Shown: one piece after another, positions 16,937-28,190 of the stretch
Numbering within the stretch: position 1 is the stretch's first letter
Layout of the letters: each line of letters starts with the position of its first letter
IMG/VR virus record: IMGVR_UViG_2061766007_001954
Direction: 5' to 3' (one strand)
Length of the DNA: 64,000 nucleotides
From: an uncultured virus (IMG/VR IMGVR_UViG_2061766007_001954)
Taxonomy: Duplodnaviria; Heunggongvirae; Uroviricota; Caudoviricetes
Made by a program: the position numbers and the translations under genes
Notes under the pieces: model-generated
Databases searched by the model: none
What the model was told of the DNA's origin: nothing
The model's input: the letters and a program-made list of their open reading frames with translations, nothing else

Positions 16937-17536
16937 ATGATAGGAGATTTATACGAGTTGACATATGAATACAAACATGAGTTCATCAGTGAGTTGACAC
17001 TGATACCAGGTCAAGATAAAGTCTTAGATTTGTTTCAAGAAAGTTGTCTTCAAGTATACAATGCTTTGTTCAGCTACTGTAAAGATAACAAAATAAGAGT
17101 GGACTTTACAAGAAGCACTATCTATGCTGGATGGTTAACTACCTACAAGAGATACCACAAAGAATTGAAGAAGATACCAGCAGTTTTTCTGATATACACT
17201 TGTAACAGCAGTTATGGACGTTGTAAGAAGGCTATTGAAAGAGGTGACTTTGACAACCTTGAACCAAAAACTCTTGACAACTACAATGTTCCTCTGTATA
17301 TGCAGGGAAAGTTCGGTAAACTGACTCAGTTCAATAATAAAACTTACTTCAGGTGTACAGCCTTAACCAAACATGGTGTTGATGCTAATTTAGAGCTCAC
17401 TACAAATTTCACTTTGCCTGTTATAATCAAGTCCTACAGCTTGTTCAAAGACGCTGGTAAGTGGAAGATCCGTATCATTTATGTGAAACCGCCTAAACCA
17501 AGGAGAAGACGTGTCAGAAGTCACAACATTTCATAA
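16937..17536 (+). CDS. TnpB-like N-terminal (WED/REC) protein lacking RuvC
   Basis: Resembles the IS605 OrfB N-terminal pattern (LIPGQ..LD..QESCLQVYNAL, KELKK, IKSYSLFKDAGKWKIRI) and then ends. Confidence 0.45.
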   Translation: MIGDLYELTYEYKHEFISELTLIPGQDKVLDLFQESCLQVYNALFSYCKDNKIRVDFTRSTIYAGWLTTYKRYHKELKKIPAVFLIYTCNSSYGRCKKAIERGDFDNLEPKTLDNYNVPLYMQGKFGKLTQFNNKTYFRCTALTKHGVDANLELTTNFTLPVIIKSYSLFKDAGKWKIRIIYVKPPKPRRRRVRSHNIS

Positions 17537-17804
17537 CGGCGATACAGTTTATTTCAAAGACCTGGAAAACATCCCGTGTAGGGGTCATATCAGATGGATA
17601 GCTATCACCAAGGGTATTGTGTCCATGTCAGTAGCCTTAGATGCGGCTGCTGAGGAAAGTTGCTCCGAAACCCTGCATGAACCTGTCTTTCTGTTCGGAA
17701 GTGAATGCTTTCATACACTGGAAGACCTGGTGAATCATGAACAGGAGCATCACAAATATATGATCGAATACTGGGAGAGTGTTCTGAAGGAGCACAAGAT
17801 ATGA
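17511..17804 (+). CDS. hypothetical protein
   Basis: AGGAG RBS, GTG start. Confidence 0.65.
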   Translation: MSEVTTFHNGDTVYFKDLENIPCRGHIRWIAITKGIVSMSVALDAAAEESCSETLHEPVFLFGSECFHTLEDLVNHEQEHHKYMIEYWESVLKEHKI

Positions 17805-18118
17805 ATGACACACAAGACTTGCAAGTTGCTGAAGAGCATATGGAAGAGTTCACAGGAGAAAATACAGAAGAACAGCATGAACCACTGACTAATTTCGAGA
17901 TCGATACCAGAGGCTTCCTTGTCATATATAGGAACGGACATAGACGAATTATCTTCTGTCCATTTGCTTCCAAAGATATGACGATTCACTGCGGTGATTG
18001 GTGTCCTCTGTTCGGCGATGTTGTCAGATTTGATGACGGTACTGCCGCGCTGCAGTTCTTCTGTGCTTCCACAAGACATGTTATGCATGGTCATCTGGAG
18101 GACCAAAGAAATGACTGA
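17801..18118 (+). CDS. hypothetical protein
   Basis: AAGGAG RBS, ATGA coupling. Confidence 0.65.
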   Translation: MNDTQDLQVAEEHMEEFTGENTEEQHEPLTNFEIDTRGFLVIYRNGHRRIIFCPFASKDMTIHCGDWCPLFGDVVRFDDGTAALQFFCASTRHVMHGHLEDQRND

Positions 18119-18338
18119 AATACCAAAGAACTTCCAGGACATTGTTGCCATGATTTCCTTCGAAGATATCGGACCTATACCGGCATGTGGTTATGCTGTG
18201 ACGGCTGATGATGGCAGCACTTTGTTCTATACTAAAATTCCAAAAGGCTTTGTTACATGGGATCGTGTCCTGTCATGGCGCTATCTTAATGATATCTGGC
18301 CAGATTACGAAACAGAAGGAATCGATTACGATGGCTGA
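18111..18338 (+). CDS. hypothetical protein
   Basis: GGAGG RBS. Confidence 0.6.
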   Translation: MTEIPKNFQDIVAMISFEDIGPIPACGYAVTADDGSTLFYTKIPKGFVTWDRVLSWRYLNDIWPDYETEGIDYDG

Positions 18339-19461
18339 TTCAGGTATTCTGTTCACGGCCGACTGCCATATGAAGCGCAGGACGTGGACGAATTCTACAT
18401 TGCTGAAAGATGATGCCAGCTACGCTTTCAGTAGGATCGTGGAAGCTGCCGTTAACCATAGCAACCTTGACAGTATCGTCATAGGCGGCGATCTCTTCGA
18501 TAGCAACCGTCCGACTTCTCAGGATTTGCTAACGATCAAGGATGTTGTCACAGGTAATTTTAATGCCTGTTATTACATTAGAGGGAATCATGATAATTGT
18601 GAGCCGTCCTATCTAGAAGCTATAACAGGCTCTATAGAGGATGATGACTTTCATTTGGTTCATCTCGGTACAGTGTTCACTCCTATGGATACAGGGGCAT
18701 GGATGACTGGTTTAGACTGGAGTCCGTCGTCTTCCGAGATGTTCGAAAAGCTCAGGCAGATTGTCAAGGACTGGAGACAAGTTGATAACCATGACAATAT
18801 GATTCTGTATGTTGTCATGCATTGCAGTTTTCAGCATTTGCTCGGGTTTGATGGCGCATATGACTTTACTGTTGATATGCTAAAGGATCTGTGTGGCGAC
18901 GACAGGATCAATTTCCTTGTGGGTCATATCCACACGAGAGATACTTTGGTCTATAACAGCAACGGAGCATATATTCATAGTCCTGGTTCATTGTACCCAT
19001 TGTCTACAGATAAGATGGGTGAACCGTGTTATGCGAGTTTCATTACATTGAATACAGGTGCGATCGAAGATATTTCAGCTAATGTCAGAAAATATGCCAC
19101 TGTAAATATCGCCAATGCGGGTGATGATCTGGTTAAGACTCTAGATGATCTTGGATATGCGCCTGATCAGTATTGCCTTCCGACATTTGTGCGCCTGGTA
19201 ATACCTGCTGACTGGACACAACCTATACCTGCGGTAGATGATCCACGCTATATCGTCAAGATTGATAGACAAGTCGCTCAACAACAAGCAGTTACATCTG
19301 TCAGATCTTCCTACAGCATCAATCAGGCAATCAGAGATGAGCTTGCTGATCAGGCAAATCGTGATATGATAGTTGAGATGGCTGAGGAGCTGATCGCATC
19401 GGATGATCCGGTGGGGACTATGGATGGGTGGCTTGAATTCTGGGGAGTCAAGAAATGCTGA
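18331..19461 (+). CDS. SbcD/Mre11-like metallophosphoesterase nuclease
   Basis: ADCH, GGDLFD, RGNHD, VGHIH, PGS motifs. Confidence 0.9.
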   Translation: MADSGILFTADCHMKRRTWTNSTLLKDDASYAFSRIVEAAVNHSNLDSIVIGGDLFDSNRPTSQDLLTIKDVVTGNFNACYYIRGNHDNCEPSYLEAITGSIEDDDFHLVHLGTVFTPMDTGAWMTGLDWSPSSSEMFEKLRQIVKDWRQVDNHDNMILYVVMHCSFQHLLGFDGAYDFTVDMLKDLCGDDRINFLVGHIHTRDTLVYNSNGAYIHSPGSLYPLSTDKMGEPCYASFITLNTGAIEDISANVRKYATVNIANAGDDLVKTLDDLGYAPDQYCLPTFVRLVIPADWTQPIPAVDDPRYIVKIDRQVAQQQAVTSVRSSYSINQAIRDELADQANRDMIVEMAEELIASDDPVGTMDGWLEFWGVKKC

Positions 19462-21696
19462 TTGTTACAAGACTGAAACTATCGAACATCTGTCAGTACG
19501 ATGAAATCGACATACCTATAGCCACTGGTTTGATGGCTGTCTGTGGCCGTAACGGCTCAGGTAAGTCAACGCTGTTGCGCGGGCTTATGTATGGCTTGAC
19601 GGGCCTTGTAGACGGTTCCTGGGGCACTCAGCAGAATCTACAAAAAGATGGTGTGGCTGTTCCTGGTTATGTTGTGGTGACTGTAAGAGATGATCGCACG
19701 GGCCATGAATATATTATCAAGCGTTATGCTACTTCAGGTGCCAAGTTTGCAGATTCCGTCACAGAGTATGCAGACGGTAACTATAAGGAAGTTGCAACTA
19801 GGCGCAAGACCGTTGATACTTATCTCGGCGATCTATATGGAATTTCTGTACAATTGTTGTTCCAGCTTGTTTGGGGTCGTCAGGGACAGCTGGATCTGTT
19901 GCTTACAGCACCGGCTGCTTATGTCAGCACGTTCCTTTCCAGTGTTTTCGATATGAAATACCTGGAGGTGTTGCGCGATAAGCTGAAGCTCTCTATTTCT
20001 AGTATTGCCGCCTATGATGATATGACCACAGGTATTGCAGCCGCTCAGAAAGAGAAAGAACATCTGAATGCCTGGATCGTAGAGCAGCAGCAAAAGGTTG
20101 ATGCTATAGAGCAGAAACTTATACCGCTCAGAGAACAGCATCAGCAGCTCCAGAAGCAGATGAATGCGTTGTCTACCGATGGGCTTCAGAGAACGGCAGC
20201 ACTTCAGGCAACAAAAGCAGCCCTCCTGGAGCAAGCCAAACCGCTAGATCTAATTATAGGCACTGAGGAATATGACAAGTATCGTGGCATGTCGTTGGAG
20301 ACCGTTGTGGGTGCTATTGACAACGCCAATGAGACAATCATACAGTGCCATGACACAGAAGGCGAAAAGCTTGCTTCGATTGACAGCGAACAGCAGGCAG
20401 TCAATAAGTGTAGATTGGAACTTAAAGATGTCGAAGGAAAACTTGTTAGTTTGACAGATATACTTAATACTGTTATGGACGCCAAGCAGAAGCTTTCCGA
20501 CAGCGTGTTCCACGAAGGCACCGATACCTGTATTTTGTGCGGGCATAGCGTCGATGATAAGACGGCTTATGTACAGCAAGTTCTGTGGCTTGTCGGCTAT
20601 GAGGATGTAGAGGCAACGGATATTTGGGACAAACCTTTCAATGATCGCATCATGGAAGTGCAGCAGCAGATCAACGAAGCAAAGCGTGATATTGCTGACA
20701 TCAACTATGCGATCAAAGAGGGCGAAAAGGGCATAGGACTTTTGCAGAAGAAAGTAGAGTTGCTTCGGAAGACCACCAAGGAAGCAGACGGGGAGTTGGT
20801 TCAACTTAATACGCTGAAGCAGTGGCTGCAGTTGAATTCTAAACTCGTCAAAGTAGACCAAGCCCTGGAAGCCGCAGACAATAACGAAGCATATGGTGCA
20901 ATCAAGAATGCCTTTGAGGGCGTCTGCAACGATATACAGACAGGGGAGGACTATAAACGCGTCCTAGACAGCGAGATCATCAAAGCAAGGGCTCAAATCG
21001 CATCTAAAGACGATTATATCACAAAGCTGCAGATCATACACGAACAGGCGGAGGTTAACAATTCTGCAAGGGGCATGCTAACGCTGCTCAGGGATGTGTT
21101 CTCGCAGCAGAGGGCACAGGCACGCTATCTGGCTAGCAAGGCTGACGAGCTGAATGCAAGGCTGGCATCTTTTCTGGAACTGACAGGTATGCCTTTCAAT
21201 TTGTATCTTGATAAGGATCAGAGGGTGTTCAAATACACTAGTGAGGGTGGTNNNNNNNNNNCGGGCACAGGCACGATACCTGGCTAGCAAGGCTGACGAG
21301 TTGAATGCAAGATTAGCATCTTTCCTGGAAATGACAGGTATGCCTTTCAATCTGTATCTTGATAAGGATCAGAGGGTGTTCAAATACACTAGTGAGGGTG
21401 GTTTTGAGCATCCGACTGCGCACCTGTCAGGAGCCCAGAAGAACATCAGTGCAGTTGCACTGCAGATGGCGCTTGTAGAAGTAATCAGTCCGAACATCAA
21501 TCTGTTCCTGTTTGATGAGCCTAGCGAGAGTCTGGATGCTGAGAATAAGATTGTGATGAGCGAGCTGTTTAAGCGAATGAACCGTATGCTGCCGTCTATA
21601 GGCGGCACTATGCTTATTGTCAGCCGTGACGAACAGCTGATAGAGGCATGTGAGAACACGATCAATATCAACGCACGTGAGGAGATTACAAAATGA
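19455..21696 (+). CDS. SbcC/Rad50-like SMC ATPase, interrupted by a scaffold gap/duplication
   Basis: GRNGSGKS, coiled coil with CILC zinc hook, LSGAQ signature, LFDEP. Confidence 0.9.
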
Positions 21697-21968
21697 ACTC
21701 CACAAAAATGAAGATAAAGTTCTGTAATTTAGAAGACACATTTACTGTGAGACAACTGATTGAAGAGCTGCAGAAATGCGAAAACCAGGACGCACCTGTA
21801 ACTGTATGGCTTATGGAGCCAGAGGAAGAGGGTTATGAGTACACCTTCGATGCTACAGGTCGTTATCCGATCAACAGTGTTGATGATACATTTGATAATC
21901 ACCGCATGGTTGATATTAACGTTATGGGTTACCCGGTTCCGAAAAATGATACAAGTCGAATTAGCTGA
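21693..21968 (+). CDS. hypothetical protein
   Basis: GAGGAG RBS, 91 aa. Confidence 0.6.
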   Translation: MNSTKMKIKFCNLEDTFTVRQLIEELQKCENQDAPVTVWLMEPEEEGYEYTFDATGRYPINSVDDTFDNHRMVDINVMGYPVPKNDTSRIS

Positions 21969-24790
21969 TCCTGCTATCACGGTGCATAACTGGCCACGGG
22001 AGATGGATAAGCTTGGACAGTACACGCTCAAGCTGCGCAAGACGCCTGAAGAGTTGAAGGCAGAACGTGAACATCTTAAGCAGACATTTGGTGGAAAAGC
22101 GAAGAAAGTGAATCCGCTGAAGTTTGAAAATGGTACTGTGATTGAGCATGATTCGGCTGATCCTAGCACGGTATATTTTCTGCCGGGTTTGTGGCCTCGC
22201 GTTAAAGGATATCTGGAAGCAAACGGTATCGAGTATAAGATTACTGCTGACTATAGAAATCCAGAGATACGACCATCAATCGATTTTGAGGCAATAAAGG
22301 ATGTGCAGTTCCGTGAAACGCAGGACCTCGCACTAGCATTAATAGCGACGAGTGATTGCGGAATTATAGCAACCACGACATCCTACGGTAAGAGCTTTTT
22401 GGTAGGTGTTGTGTGTAAAGCTTTTCCGACATTGCGTATATTAGTCTGCACAAGCTCCACCATGGTAGTAACAACCTTGTATGAGTATCTGTGTAAGCAG
22501 GTTCCAGGTGAGGTTGGGATTCTATATGGTGGTAAAGATACTTCACATGGTAAACGCATTGTGGTAAGCACCCTTAGAAGTATAGTGAAGATACCTAAGG
22601 ATGGGCCACAGCTGCTCATATGTGACGAGTGTTTGAGTCGACGTCTGGCACTCGTAAAAGAAAGTGAATTGCTGGAACGCTAAACTTGGTATAATATCAA
22701 GCATGCCAATCAGCAGCCGATCAAGGGATTACCTAAACCATAAGGCATGGTACCCGGAAAAGGTTCATCGATCATCCGTAAGGAGTAGGCAGTAGCGTGC
22801 CGAAGCGCTCTTGAGAAGGAAACGACTCAAATGATATGATCAGCTGTAGCAGAAATGTTACTTTACGCTACAGGATATATGTTGGATAGGCTCTGCAGGC
22901 TGACAAATGCGTGACTCTGACGCACTTCCAACCTATGTCCAACAGAGTGTTCAATTTAGAGGATTGACACATGACTGTCAAGAAGAAGTATTATTTCTTG
23001 TACATCACCACGAATTTGGTGAACGGTAAGTATTACAAAGGGCTCCATGCAACCGATGATCTGTTTGATGGGTATCTCGGTTCAGGAAAGGCATTTAGAA
23101 GGGCTCTTCACAAGTATGGCTCAGCCGCTTTTAAGCGTAGAATTGTTTTATTTTTGCCGGACTTTGAGTCGCTATTACAGGCTGAAGCTATGTATATAAC
23201 AAATGAGGATTTATTAAATCCGAATTGTTATAATCTGCGTGGAGGCGGTGGTGGACAGCCAGGACACGCAGTGATTCCTTATGAGCGTACAGAAGAGCAG
23301 CGAGAGGCAATATCCAGAAAAGCAAGGGCTAGATATAAAAAGAAGTTAGAAAGTGGCGCAAAGAAGTACGTGTATCAGCCGCGCCCTAGAAAGACACCAA
23401 TCCTGCATCCGAGCGTTTCAGAAAACCATAAAGGCGCCGGTAATCCGATGTACGGTAGAAAGGGATCTCAGAATCCAACAGCTAAAGCTGTATACTGTGT
23501 TGAATTAGATCGCGAGTTTGGGTCAGCTATGATGGCTGCTGAGGAGCTGCATTTAGCGTTTCAAAATATTTCTAAAGTGTGTCAAGGGAAGCGTAGAACC
23601 TGTGGCGGTTATCATTGGTGTTTCTTAGAGGATAAGGATAAGCTTATAGAGAAATATAAAGAGTTAACCACAAAAGATATTTACATGGGGAACAAAACGT
23701 TGGACACACCGGATACAGGGGATAATGCGGGATACTTAAAGCCGGTTATAAGAGTGGAAACTGAGGAGCGTTTCCCTAGCCTAACTGCGGCTGCAAAAGC
23801 AGTAGGATTAAAGAGCATAAAAGACTTGGCACTCCGTTGCAAAGAGAGTGCTTTTTATAAGGGTACACATTGGATGTTTCTTGAGGATTATGAGCGCATG
23901 ACGTCGGCGCAACTCAATCCGGAAGAGACATCATGCAATTCCCATTCTGCAGAAAGTTCGGATTAACAGCTTCTCCATGTCGTAATGATGGTAGTGGCCT
24001 TGTGATGGAGTCCTTGTTTGGACCTGTTATCATGACCATGACCTATGAAGAGGCGCAACAAGCAGGCATGGTTACTCCTATGAAGTATACCATGCTGCGC
24101 TGCAACTGGGTTCCTTCTATTTGTCACAAGGAGGGTGTTAGTGATGTTATCATGAAACGCTTCGCCTACTGGAGAAACGATGCCAGGAACAAGGTTATTG
24201 CGAACTTTGTTAATGCCTTTCATAAAGCGAATCCAGATGCACAGATTTTGATTGTTGTTGCGGTTATGGAACATGCGTTGGCACTTGCTCAATACTTACC
24301 GTGGTTCAAGGTAGCATATTATGGGGGTTCGGATTTGTCTGATTTGGAGAAGCGCTTTCCTAAGGAGCGTTATCCAAACTTAGATATATCTTCCTATAAG
24401 ATGACAGCCAAGCAACTTGAAATCATGCGCGCAGCATTCGCAAAAGGTACACTAAAATGGGTTATTTCAACTCTCGTTTTTCGTCAAGGGGTATCATTTA
24501 ATAATTTACGTATGTTAGTTAGAGCAGATGGAGCCACATCACAAATAATGGGGATCCAGATTCCTGGGCGCTTAGCCCGTCTTCACGAAGGAAAAGCTTT
24601 TGGCTATCTTGTCGATATTGATGATACAGGTTGTGCGTGGTCTAGACGCAGAGCCTTATGTAGAGAACAACTATATGAGGAGCAAAAATGGCAGAGAACT
24701 ACGCCAGAAGGAATTATACATGATCTCAGCACAACAATTGGAACACACTCTGAGGGCGCTGCTGGAGCAAGCAGTACCGAAGAACATTAA
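21946..24790 (+). CDS. SF2 (UvsW-like) DNA helicase, join(21946..22632,23897..24790)
   Basis: Motif I TSYGKS; splicing restores DEC|H; motif III GLTASP; motif VI QIPGRLAR. Confidence 0.88.
22633..23896 (+). mobile_element. group I intron in helicase
   Basis: P1 GAGTGT/GCACTC with U.G pair, AATTGCTGGAA, AATCAGCAG, P7 GATCA/TGATC, terminal G before CAT. Confidence 0.85.
22971..23966 (+). CDS. intron-encoded GIY-YIG homing endonuclease with NUMOD-type repeats
   Basis: FLYITTNLVNGKYYKG, YLGSG, YNL, GNPMYGRK, ISKVCQGKRRTCGGYHW. Confidence 0.88.
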   Translation: MTVKKKYYFLYITTNLVNGKYYKGLHATDDLFDGYLGSGKAFRRALHKYGSAAFKRRIVLFLPDFESLLQAEAMYITNEDLLNPNCYNLRGGGGGQPGHAVIPYERTEEQREAISRKARARYKKKLESGAKKYVYQPRPRKTPILHPSVSENHKGAGNPMYGRKGSQNPTAKAVYCVELDREFGSAMMAAEELHLAFQNISKVCQGKRRTCGGYHWCFLEDKDKLIEKYKELTTKDIYMGNKTLDTPDTGDNAGYLKPVIRVETEERFPSLTAAAKAVGLKSIKDLALRCKESAFYKGTHWMFLEDYERMTSAQLNPEETSCNSHSAESSD

Positions 24791-25247
24791 TGTGGCCAGC
24801 ATAGCAAACCAGCTAACTTCATTAGAGCAGGTCAACAATATACAACTCAGCGAATATGGCTATGTAATGTATGTGTTAGAAAACGTCGGCCTTGGTGGTA
24901 TATATCATGGCCGGCTCTCTGATCCGGTTTTGATGAAGGGCTATGCAGATACTGCAAAAAAGATGCGTGACGATTTGCCTGCATTATTGGTGAACGCCAA
25001 GGAATATGCTGACAAGGTATTCACAGTAATCTTAGACCCGGCATTGTGTATGCCAAGGCTGGAGGGTATGTCGTTTCCTTATGTATTGTATATTCTATTC
25101 ACAGCTACAGGTAATTCTGAGATGGTGGATCAGTATACAATAGAAACAAAAGAGCTGCTGGCACGATATCCAGGAACACTGGATAAGCTACCAGAAAGCT
25201 TTCAACAAGCAACAAAGGAGGCGTTAGCTAATGCAGATATTGAATAA
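24720..25247 (+). CDS. hypothetical protein
   Basis: ORF between the two helicases. Confidence 0.6.
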   Translation: MISAQQLEHTLRALLEQAVPKNINVASIANQLTSLEQVNNIQLSEYGYVMYVLENVGLGGIYHGRLSDPVLMKGYADTAKKMRDDLPALLVNAKEYADKVFTVILDPALCMPRLEGMSFPYVLYILFTATGNSEMVDQYTIETKELLARYPGTLDKLPESFQQATKEALANADIE

Positions 25248-26703
25248 TGCTGAGTTAGCCTTCCTGTCACTCCTTACCTATCCAAAGCTTGCTGTAAAAT
25301 CGATTCAACTTTGTGCGAATAACGCAAATCTATTCCCACCAGCCATATGGCCGCATATAGCGACTATGTGGAGTTCATTCCTTGCGCTACTTACGAAGAG
25401 TCGTAAAGAAGGCATCAAGCTGGGTAAGGATGCTATTGCCGCAAATTTGTTGGAAGCAATTCAAGCTGATCCAAATACACCAGCCGAGACAGAAGCTCGT
25501 TGTGAGCAGCTGCTAAAACGCTTTTTGGCGGGGGATGTTCCATCTCAGGAAGAAGGTACTATCTTTGTTCAAAAGGTGGCACAGATGGATGCCGGTCGTA
25601 AGATCATGGCATCTATTGGGCAGAATGCAGACTTTCAGCAGCTTGAATCGGTTATTAACAAGGCTAAGCAGTCCATTGATGACCTATCTGATACAGGACA
25701 TCAGAGTAAGCAAGTTGTCTATACACCGTTACGTAATATTGACGAATTAGCAAAATATGAGCCAAGGATACCCACAGGAATCAACTGGCTCGATGATATT
25801 TCGTCTGGCGGTGGCCGTGAAGGAGAGCTTTGGCTTGTATTGGGCCCATCAGGCGGTGGTAAATCCATGTGGACAGTGCATTATGCTTGTTCACAGGCTC
25901 TGATGGGTAACTATACTGTCTGGTGTTCATATGAACAATCTTTGGAGGGTGATCTGGCGGAAAGAATTATAGCAAATGTCACAGATGAAAGCCTGGATAA
26001 GATTCGTGATAAGGGCTTTAATAATCTGGAGGAAGACATCCAGAGGAAATTCTGGGCTTCTGTCGCCGGAGCTGACGATAAGCTTGTCGTTATGGACATG
26101 ACTAAGAAAGAATATAATCCATCGCTTGATCCAAGAGATAATGGTGGAATGTATTCTGTATGGCAGGAAGTTAAAAAGCTGAAAGCTGAAGGTAAACAGA
26201 TCAAAACCGTTGTTATCGACTGGGTTGGCGCAATGATGTCCGTCATAGCATCGTTGACAGGCCGAGAGCTGGAGTCTGCTTTCCAGTTCATGGCTCAGGC
26301 AGAAATCGACATTGCCAGGCGTATGGTAAAGGAAGAGCATCTTATGGTGATTTTCTTGCATCAGACTGATACTAAGTCGCAGCATGCAAGACCAACATAT
26401 ATTCCTGACAAGACTTGTGCGCTGAATATGAAAACGATGGCCAACTTTATGGATTTGGTAATTACTTTATCTAATCGAGATAACCATAATGTTTTATGGA
26501 TGTCTGCGGTCAAATCCAGAAAGGGTAATCCAATCAGCCGTACAGTTAGACTCATAGGAGACAAGTGCAAGTTCGTAAACGCACCTGGCTGGCTCCCTAA
26601 TACGGATGGTAACTTCTACAATCCGAAGGAAGATGGCCTGATTGGTTCTGATGCTGCACCTGCCGAAAATGAACCTTCACCCTTCTCCAGGGAAATCGAA
26701 TGA
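25231..26703 (+). CDS. DnaB-like replicative helicase
   Basis: IPTGINWLD, GPSGGGKS, SYE, VVIDW, LHQ, KSR. Confidence 0.85.
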   Translation: MQILNNAELAFLSLLTYPKLAVKSIQLCANNANLFPPAIWPHIATMWSSFLALLTKSRKEGIKLGKDAIAANLLEAIQADPNTPAETEARCEQLLKRFLAGDVPSQEEGTIFVQKVAQMDAGRKIMASIGQNADFQQLESVINKAKQSIDDLSDTGHQSKQVVYTPLRNIDELAKYEPRIPTGINWLDDISSGGGREGELWLVLGPSGGGKSMWTVHYACSQALMGNYTVWCSYEQSLEGDLAERIIANVTDESLDKIRDKGFNNLEEDIQRKFWASVAGADDKLVVMDMTKKEYNPSLDPRDNGGMYSVWQEVKKLKAEGKQIKTVVIDWVGAMMSVIASLTGRELESAFQFMAQAEIDIARRMVKEEHLMVIFLHQTDTKSQHARPTYIPDKTCALNMKTMANFMDLVITLSNRDNHNVLWMSAVKSRKGNPISRTVRLIGDKCKFVNAPGWLPNTDGNFYNPKEDGLIGSDAAPAENEPSPFSREIE

Positions 26704-27146
26704 CAGAACAAGCTTTTCAACAACTGACGCTTTTATTGCGCAGGAATTGGACAAAACGGTCTGGCATTCTCATGCGGTTGCAGCGGCATGAGGAAGACTC
26801 GAAATCACTGTTGCTGACCGTAGGACGCATCAAGAATAAAGGTCTCCGTGCCGAGTATTGCAAGCTTTGGGATGGGACTAATCTTCTGTATGACGGACCT
26901 TTCGAGAGTGCCGATCTATTGTCAATCTTAAATCACAGGAATATCTGTTATGGTGAGCTTAATACGGCCACCAAGCTGGATGTCAGGCAGGGCGCCTGTT
27001 ATTGCTTTGGCGAACAGGTGGCTCCTGGCTGTGATCTCTTTTGCTCGTTGAGGAACAAACCATGCTCAACCAGTCACTCTATAACGCCCTCACAAAGCTG
27101 TTCGGACAAGTCCGAGTTGCAAATGAAGGCTGTCACTCAAGAATAA
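26700..27146 (+). CDS. hypothetical protein
   Basis: ATGA-coupled ORF. Confidence 0.55.
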   Translation: MTEQAFQQLTLLLRRNWTKRSGILMRLQRHEEDSKSLLLTVGRIKNKGLRAEYCKLWDGTNLLYDGPFESADLLSILNHRNICYGELNTATKLDVRQGACYCFGEQVAPGCDLFCSLRNKPCSTSHSITPSQSCSDKSELQMKAVTQE

Positions 27147-28183
27147 TCCCAGATCCGTCGGGTAACGGAGATTGGCATGCGGATAAGAACGGTGAATCAG
27201 GAGAAGAGTATATCGTCAGATGTCCCTTCTGCAAAGACCGTTCAGGCCATCTGTATATCAGCCACCTGTCGTATGCATCTCCGATAGTCGCCGGGATGAC
27301 GCTGCGTGTTAGTCCTTTATTGGCTCACTGCTTCAGACGTAATTGCATCGCTGACCAGGCCAATAGAGAAGCACTTGAAGGTCGCATAGGGCTTGCCATG
27401 CAAGACGAGTGCCAGGTGACTCCTGAGATAAACATGGAAGCGGCCGACGAGCCAGATTTCAAACTTAATCTGTCGAATGAGCTGTCGTTGGAGGGTCTGC
27501 GTACATGGATCCCCGATTGGCAGCTCATAGACGAAAATACTGATCCAGTGATCCTCCAGTATTTAGAGGAACGGCGCATCACACAGGATGATATTAATTG
27601 GCTGCAGATAGGCTGGGGACCTATCAAATCAGCCAGAAGCGGTGTATACCTGAATATGGGTCGCCCCTGGGTGTTATTTCCTGTCACGAGAAACGGGCAG
27701 CTTGCAGGCGTACAAGCTCGCTGCCCTACGCAATATCTTGATGATCAAGGAATTAAGTACTATTTTCACCCGGCATGCCGCAAGAAGACGGTCGTCTTTA
27801 ACCTTGATGTCGCAACGCAGATAGGTATTGGCGTATTGTGTGAAGGCGTATTTGATGTGGCCGCCATCGGTAAGCCTGGCGTGTGCGTATTCGGGCATAC
27901 ACCGAGCATTACACAGAAGCGCCTGCTGGCAGCTAACCTGCAAGGGGTGATATGGCTGCCGGACACTGATGTGACACCTACACTGGATGCTCCTGCCATA
28001 GCGCGGTCACAGATCACAGAATGGAACGCCGCCGGCGTGTTTACCAAAGGAGCACATATGGTACTGCTTCCGGAGAAAGATGCAGGCAGCATGACCAGAC
28101 AGCAGGTATGGGAAACGATATTGCAACAGGTACCGCCTACTATGCAGGAATATATACTGAAGGAGGTAGTACCAAAACTGTAG
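27062..28183 (+). CDS. DNA primase (Zn finger plus TOPRIM)
   Basis: CPFC..H..C, YLEERRI, LCEGVFD, PDTD, KDAG. Confidence 0.85.
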   Translation: MLNQSLYNALTKLFGQVRVANEGCHSRIIPDPSGNGDWHADKNGESGEEYIVRCPFCKDRSGHLYISHLSYASPIVAGMTLRVSPLLAHCFRRNCIADQANREALEGRIGLAMQDECQVTPEINMEAADEPDFKLNLSNELSLEGLRTWIPDWQLIDENTDPVILQYLEERRITQDDINWLQIGWGPIKSARSGVYLNMGRPWVLFPVTRNGQLAGVQARCPTQYLDDQGIKYYFHPACRKKTVVFNLDVATQIGIGVLCEGVFDVAAIGKPGVCVFGHTPSITQKRLLAANLQGVIWLPDTDVTPTLDAPAIARSQITEWNAAGVFTKGAHMVLLPEKDAGSMTRQQVWETILQQVPPTMQEYILKEVVPKL

Positions 28184-28190
28184 GAGGCAA

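Noticed and set aside
21112..21401. Apparent frameshift/split of the SbcC gene
   Set aside because: A ~140-bp duplication around an N gap; collapsing it gives one ORF.
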